Of a stretch of 64,000 nt of DNA, positions 58,847-64,000 are shown piece by piece (position 1 is the first letter of the stretch; each line of letters opens with the position of its first letter). The notes beneath the pieces are model-generated. The model worked only from the letters and a program-made list of their open reading frames with translations, did not search any database and was not told where the DNA came from. Source of the stretch: Chloroflexota bacterium (lineage in GTDB: Bacteria; Chloroflexota; Anaerolineae; Anaerolineales; UBA4823); NCBI GenBank assembly GCA_029265355.1, contig JAJUJL010000002.1, positions 152,879-216,878 of the forward strand, read 5' to 3'. Position numbers and translations under genes: made by a program.

Positions 58847-59488
58847 TTAATTCGAGGTCACTGGTGATGAAAACACCAATCTCAAGCGATGATAACGCGC
58901 AGCCAGGGTATCGCCGCCTAACTCGGCCACAACTTCTTCTGGGCGGCCGGTAGCGCCTTCACGCGCCGCCAGGCGCATGTACAAGCGAGCGAAGCCCGCC
59001 TGCGATGGCGAGAGCACTTGCAGTTGTTCGATGAGCGGACGAAGGTCATAAGATTTATTTCTTCGCTGTCTGGGCAGTTCTGAGGCTGCCAGTATTGCAT
59101 CGACTTTGCTCTCGAGGTTGGGAATTGGTTCGAGCAAAGTTACCAGATAGTCGCAGGCAACCAGGTCAGCCTGCAAGCTGCTGGCTTGTGGGGCGGCAGG
59201 GAAACAAGAGTGAATGAGGATGCCCGGAGGGGCGGCGTCTTGCAGGGCGCGCTGGATCAACTCTACCGGGATTTCTTCCTGGAGCCAGATGTCGGCCATC
59301 TCAGCATCGCTGGTGAAGCCGAGGGGCAGCGCAGAAGCCAGGTTGATGCGGGGGTGAGGTTTGAATCCCTGGGAATAAGCCAGCGGCAGCCTGGAGCGGC
59401 GGATCATGCGCTCGATGGCGCGAAAAAGATCCAGATGACCGGTGAAGCGCATAGCTTCGGTTTTTGCAAAAAGAAGGCGAATGCGCAT
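58847..59488 (-). CDS. Radical SAM-associated protein (TIGR03936/DUF2344-like)
   Basis: RFTGHLD, LPLAYSQGFKPHPRI and ALPLG; lies downstream of the radical SAM gene. Confidence 0.88.
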   Translation of the reverse strand: MRIRLLFAKTEAMRFTGHLDLFRAIERMIRRSRLPLAYSQGFKPHPRINLASALPLGFTSDAEMADIWLQEEIPVELIQRALQDAAPPGILIHSCFPAAPQASSLQADLVACDYLVTLLEPIPNLESKVDAILAASELPRQRRNKSYDLRPLIEQLQVLSPSQAGFARLYMRLAAREGATGRPEEVVAELGGDTLAARYHRLRLVFSSPVTSN

Positions 59489-59505
59489 AGCTAAACGAGA
59501 TAATT

Positions 59506-61470
59506 TCAGTTTTCCACCATGGGAAGCGCCAGCTCTGGCGATTGCAGGTCGCGGATTGGGATGCGCCTGGATTTGACTTCTGGGCACTGCCAGACTTCGC
59601 CTGGATTTGCCCGGCGAATTTCTGCGAAGGTTGGCAGGATGCCGCAGGCGAAGCAGCGTTCGCGGCAATCGATGCGCGTCTTACCTTGCCGGCTCCAGAG
59701 GTAGTCTTCGGTCAGGAATTTCTTGCGCACGCTTGTGCTGATATGCTCCCACGGGAATGTCTCATCGATGGGGCGTTCGCGATGGGAGTAAAATCCGGGA
59801 TCGATGCCTTGCTCCTTAAATGCCTGAATCCAGGCGTCGAATTTCATCTGATCGCCCCAGGCATCAAAGCGCGCACCGAGCTGCCAGGCGTGATATATCA
59901 CATTTGCCAGGCGGCGGTCGCCACGGGAAAGCCAGGCCTCGAGCAGGGAATCCTCTGGGCGAACCCAATTCAACTTTAATCCATTTCCACGAAGCGCCTT
60001 GCGCAACAAGTCCTGCTTGGCGCGGATTTGCTCGACTGTGTCACAGGGCACCCATTGGAAGGGGGTATGCGGTTTGGGTATGAAGGTGCTCACGCCTGCG
60101 GTGACACTGGCGCGTTTACCGATGACCTTGCGTCCCTCAGCCAGAACAGCTTTGCACAGGTCGGCAATCGCCTGCACATCCTCCACAGTTTCTGAAGGGT
60201 GACCAATCATGAAATAGAGCTTAATGTGCAGCCAGCCGCGGCTGTAGATTTCACGCGCAGTATCGAGCAATTGTTGCGTGCTCACCGGCTTGTTGATAAT
60301 TTCTCGCATGCGCTCTGTGGCAGCTTCAGGCGCCAGGGTGAATCCGCTGCGGCGCGAGTCTATCAAGGCGTCCATCAAATCCACAGAAAAGGACTCGATG
60401 CGCAGCGAGGGCAGCGAAACATTGAGATTTTTGCCGGCATAGCGCTCAGATACGGCGGTGACCAGCTCCAGGATATGGGTGTAGTCGGAAGAGGACAGCG
60501 AAAGCAACCCCACTTCTTCATAACCGGTCTTCTCCAGCGCAGTTTCAATAGCCGCGATGATTTCACTCACACTGCGCTCTCGTACCGGGCGGGTGATCAT
60601 GCCCGCATGGCAAAAGCGGCAACCCCGCGTGCATCCGCGCATGATCTCGATCGGGATTCGGTTATGAACAGTCTCAATATAAGGAACGATGAAATTGGTG
60701 GGTGGCGGGGGCAGCCTGGATACGATGCGTTTGACCACCGGCAATGGCGCATCATCCACCAGCTTCACGATGTGAGAGAAGACGCCATCTGGCTCATAGC
60801 GCGCCTCGTACAATGATGGCACATATACACCCCAGATGTGAGAAAGGGAGCGGAGCAGTTCACTGCGCTCGGCGCCGCTGGCTTTCCATGCCTGGTGGCG
60901 CTCAATGATCTCGTGGATCACTTCTTCTCCCTCGCCGATCACGAAGGCGTCGATGAAGGCGTGCATCGGTTCAGGATTGTAGGTTGCATGACCGCCAGCG
61001 ATCACCAGGGGATCGGACTGGCTTCTCTGTGATGAAAATACAGGGATTCCCGATAAATCCAGAATGTTGAGTGTGTTGGTGTACAGGGTTTCATAAGGCA
61101 GCGAGATGCCGATGATATCGAAGCTGGCGAGAGGGTGTTTTGTCTCGAGCGAATAGAGGGGAATTCCAGCCTGGCGCATGGCTGCTTCCATATCGACCCA
61201 GGGCGAATATGCTCGCTCGGCAAGCGCATCTTCCCGTTGGTTAATCTGATCGTAGAGAATGGCCAACCCAAGATTGGACATGCCCAGGTCGTAAAGATCA
61301 GGAAATACCAGCGCAACCCGCGTTTTTACGGCTTGCCAGTCTTTCACGATCTGATTGAGCTCACCCCCGGTGTAGCGCCCCGGTTTCTCGACGCGCGGCA
61401 GGATACGTTCCAGGTGGTTAGATATGTCTTGTGGCGTTTGCAACGTTGGGCCGTCCTCACTCCTAATCAT
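59506..61470 (-). CDS. B12-binding-like radical SAM protein (TIGR03960-like)
   Basis: KPGRYTGGE, FPDLYDLGMSNLG, RGCTRGCRFC, KLYFMIG and PKPHTPFQW. The start may instead be TTG 61443. Confidence 0.9.
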   Translation of the reverse strand: MIRSEDGPTLQTPQDISNHLERILPRVEKPGRYTGGELNQIVKDWQAVKTRVALVFPDLYDLGMSNLGLAILYDQINQREDALAERAYSPWVDMEAAMRQAGIPLYSLETKHPLASFDIIGISLPYETLYTNTLNILDLSGIPVFSSQRSQSDPLVIAGGHATYNPEPMHAFIDAFVIGEGEEVIHEIIERHQAWKASGAERSELLRSLSHIWGVYVPSLYEARYEPDGVFSHIVKLVDDAPLPVVKRIVSRLPPPPTNFIVPYIETVHNRIPIEIMRGCTRGCRFCHAGMITRPVRERSVSEIIAAIETALEKTGYEEVGLLSLSSSDYTHILELVTAVSERYAGKNLNVSLPSLRIESFSVDLMDALIDSRRSGFTLAPEAATERMREIINKPVSTQQLLDTAREIYSRGWLHIKLYFMIGHPSETVEDVQAIADLCKAVLAEGRKVIGKRASVTAGVSTFIPKPHTPFQWVPCDTVEQIRAKQDLLRKALRGNGLKLNWVRPEDSLLEAWLSRGDRRLANVIYHAWQLGARFDAWGDQMKFDAWIQAFKEQGIDPGFYSHRERPIDETFPWEHISTSVRKKFLTEDYLWSRQGKTRIDCRERCFACGILPTFAEIRRANPGEVWQCPEVKSRRIPIRDLQSPELALPMVEN

Positions 61471-61565
61471 TATTCGACCATTATATCAGATAAGAATTGT
61501 GGGTTTAATCACGCACGCAGCGGGTGCAAGCTGTCACCCGCTGCGTGCCCTGGCGCGCATAAGCC

Positions 61566-62027
61566 TTATTCGTAGATCCAGCGATCGGTTTCACGCGGCC
61601 ATGAGACCAATTCTTCTGGCTTGAACCAAAGCGCAATCTCCATCTGGCCGTTCTCCACGCTATCCGAAGCATGAGTCAGGTTGCGGCCGGTTTCCAACGC
61701 GAAATCGTGACGAAGAGTGCCAGGGGCTGCCTCGTAAGGCCGTGTTGAACCCATAGTCTGGCGTACCGTGTTGATGGCGCGCGGCCCTTCCCAGACCATT
61801 GCCATCACCGGGCCAGAAGTGATGTAATCGATCAAGCCGGGATAGAAGGATTTTCCTTCGTGAACGGCGTAATGCGTTTTCGCCAGCTCGCGGCTGACGC
61901 TCATGAATTTTGCGGCTACCAGCTTCAAGCCACGCCTCTCCAACCGGCTGATGACCTCTCCGATTAGCCCCCGCTGTACGCCATCGGGTTTTACCAGAAC
62001 CAGCGTTCTTTGCAAGATTGTTTCCAT
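61566..62027 (-). CDS. ndk: Nucleoside diphosphate kinase
   Basis: [26 protein letters not shown] and NLTHASDS. Confidence 0.97.
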   Translation of the reverse strand: METILQRTLVLVKPDGVQRGLIGEVISRLERRGLKLVAAKFMSVSRELAKTHYAVHEGKSFYPGLIDYITSGPVMAMVWEGPRAINTVRQTMGSTRPYEAAPGTLRHDFALETGRNLTHASDSVENGQMEIALWFKPEELVSWPRETDRWIYE

Positions 62028-62050
62028 ATTGTTCCTTTGGGTGTGTGAGA

Positions 62051-64000
62051 TTATCTGAGCAATTTTTCTGCCTGTGTGTAAGCATCTAACGCAGCCTGAA
62101 TGTGACCGGCGCGCAAGTTTGCATCTCCGAGGGCCTGCAACAAATCGATATCCTGCGGTGCGCCTTCCAGGGCTTCGCTCAAATCATGGATCACCTCATC
62201 GAGCAATTGTTCCGATTCGATCAGGCTGAGGTAATTTTGCAACGCAGACTGGGTGTGATGTTGAGCGAGCTCGGTGCGCGCCTGGAACAGAGTCTCCTGA
62301 GCTTGATCCGAAGTCACCGCTGTGATCGGAGGGGGTGCAGCCTGAACCGCAGGGGCGGGAGCCTCCACGCGTACCCTGGACATTAGACCTTCGATAGTGT
62401 CAGCGTCGAACCCTTCGACCATGCTCAACTCGTTGATATTCAGGAATGGGCCATTGGCCTCTCGATAAGCGATCAAGGCTTGAGCCCGAATGAAACCAAC
62501 CCCAGGCAGGCGCTCCAGTTCCCGCAGGCTAGCAGTGTTCAAATCAACTGCCTCAAATTCAGCCATAGCCGGAGCAACGCCTTCTTCTTCTAGCGCCAAG
62601 GTTGCTTCTTCGGGTGGCCTTTCTTCTTCGAGACCCTGTAGCCAGGATGGAAGCTCAGGTATCGCTTCAGTGGTCTCTTCGAGCTCAGAGAGCGGTTCAG
62701 CCTCTGCTTCGAGCGTTTCTGCAGCCAGTCCTTCTGCTTCGCTCACAGGTTCTTCAAAGGGGATGTATTGCTCCTGCTGCAGCTCCTGCGCGACGAGCCC
62801 TTCATCGATGCTCACAGCAAGGTCTTCCTCGGGGATTTCTGCCGCGACTTCCTCGGTCAAAACCGGCTCTTCGGTCTCGGCTTGCAATTCCGGCGCAAGC
62901 TCAGCGTAGGCTCCAGCGCGCTCTTCGATGAAAGCAGGCAACCCTGGTTCGGTCGTTTCGGGTGGTGTCAGTTCTCCGGTATCCAACACCTTCTTGAGCC
63001 AATCCGGCGGGCGTTCGGCTCTTTCTTCGGGCTCGAGAAGGAGTTCTTCTTCTTTAGCTCCTTGTTTGGCAGCCAGGCTTTCCAGCCAGGCGAAGGCAGC
63101 CTCTTCATCTACCAGTTCGGTTTCTGCTGCAGACTGCTGCAGATCAGCGTCAAGGGATACGATGGCCGGCGGAGGTTCAGGAAGGGGTGTTTCCTCCGCG
63201 AAGATCTCGGGCAAAGCCGGAGCTTCTTCTTCGAACACATCCGGCAGAACCTCGGCTTTTTCTTCTGGGATTTCGAGCGCAGGTGCCAAATCTTCTGCGG
63301 CAGAGATTTCTTGAACGGGCTCTTCACCGAGTTGAGCTTCCTGCGCCATCTCTGTTAACCAGCCTGGAAGCTCAGCAGGTTCAGGCTCTGCCTGGGTTTC
63401 TGCGGGTGTAAACAAGTCGCCCGTTGGAGATGGGGTTTCTTCCTGCAATTGCCGCAGTTTTCCCGTGGATGGGCGGGTATCGCCTTCGATGATTTCCGGT
63501 TCCTCAGGCCAGGCGAGCGGTTCGACTTGTGCGGATGGCTCGCCAGCCTCTTCAGAAATCCAACTGGGCAGGGGGGGGAGCTCTGCTTCGGATTCCTCCG
63601 CATGCGCTGGCTGCTTAGCTTCTGGCGCTTGCTCAGCCTCGAGTTCTCGCAACCAATCCGGAAGTTGCGCAGTTTCAGCTTCTGGCAAGCCGGCTTCTGA
63701 TTGTGGTTTGCCCTCAGCTTCTGGAACTGCTGGTAGTGCTGTCGCTTCGAGGTCGCGAAGCCAGTCAGGAATTTCCCCTGGTTGGGCTTCAGCTAACTCA
63801 GCTTCGGATTGAGTCTCAGCAAATGCCTCAAGGGGCTCAGGGAGTTCCTGTTCGGCTGGCAGCGCTTCACCTTCAACCGCTCTCAACCAATCGGGTAATT
63901 CAGTCGGCTCAGCTCCGGTTGCTTGCTCGGCGGGTCCAGCAGCTTCGGGTTCGAAAGGCTCATGCTGAGCACTTGTCAGCGGTTCGGGAATCTCACCGGC
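62051..64000 (-). CDS. Large acidic low-complexity protein with PxWL repeats, a ComEA-like HhH domain and a C-terminal TPR (5' end outside the window)
   Basis: Frame is open to the window edge. [27 protein letters not shown] is the HhH; [22 protein letters not shown] is the TPR. Confidence 0.85.
   Translation of the reverse strand, partial: AGEIPEPLTSAQHEPFEPEAAGPAEQATGAEPTELPDWLRAVEGEALPAEQELPEPLEAFAETQSEAELAEAQPGEIPDWLRDLEATALPAVPEAEGKPQSEAGLPEAETAQLPDWLRELEAEQAPEAKQPAHAEESEAELPPLPSWISEEAGEPSAQVEPLAWPEEPEIIEGDTRPSTGKLRQLQEETPSPTGDLFTPAETQAEPEPAELPGWLTEMAQEAQLGEEPVQEISAAEDLAPALEIPEEKAEVLPDVFEEEAPALPEIFAEETPLPEPPPAIVSLDADLQQSAAETELVDEEAAFAWLESLAAKQGAKEEELLLEPEERAERPPDWLKKVLDTGELTPPETTEPGLPAFIEERAGAYAELAPELQAETEEPVLTEEVAAEIPEEDLAVSIDEGLVAQELQQEQYIPFEEPVSEAEGLAAETLEAEAEPLSELEETTEAIPELPSWLQGLEEERPPEEATLALEEEGVAPAMAEFEAVDLNTASLRELERLPGVGFIRAQALIAYREANGPFLNINELSMVEGFDADTIEGLMSRVRVEAPAPAVQAAPPPITAVTSDQAQETLFQARTELAQHHTQSALQNYLSLIESEQLLDEVIHDLSEALEGAPQDIDLLQALGDANLRAGHIQAALDAYTQAEKLLR

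Overview
Bacterial chromosomal window, most likely an Anaerolineae-type Chloroflexota. This is inferred from gene content, acidic PxWL-repeat proteins and leaderless starts, not from a database search. The right half (about 32-64 kb) is housekeeping: aspS-asnS, 6S RNA, frameshifted prfB, msrA, ftsY, moaC/moaD-E, a thrC-like gene, fabF, rnc, smc, trmFO, hflX, tRNA-Arg(CCG), prsW, a radical-SAM pair and ndk. The left half carries a roughly 22 kb minus-strand redox island (8.3-30.8 kb) with 50 CxxCH heme-c motifs in 7 proteins. It has two parts. The sulfur block encodes type III SQR, DUF1641, a single-Cys TusE/DsrC, DsrE2, twin ArsR repressors with SqrR-like boxes, an octaheme Otr, an Otr-like 7-heme/cytochrome b fusion, a split YeeE pair with a rhodanese plus GGGCG tail, and a probable FmdB selenoprotein. 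The Geobacter-Cbc-like block encodes two split CbcL-like 9-heme + cytochrome b pairs, an octaheme/4Fe-4S/NrfD trio, a collagen-stalked octaheme lipoprotein and a two-component system. Hidden regulatory features include a candidate UGA+SECIS recoding site and a candidate Asn/Asp leader-peptide attenuator in front of aspS-asnS.
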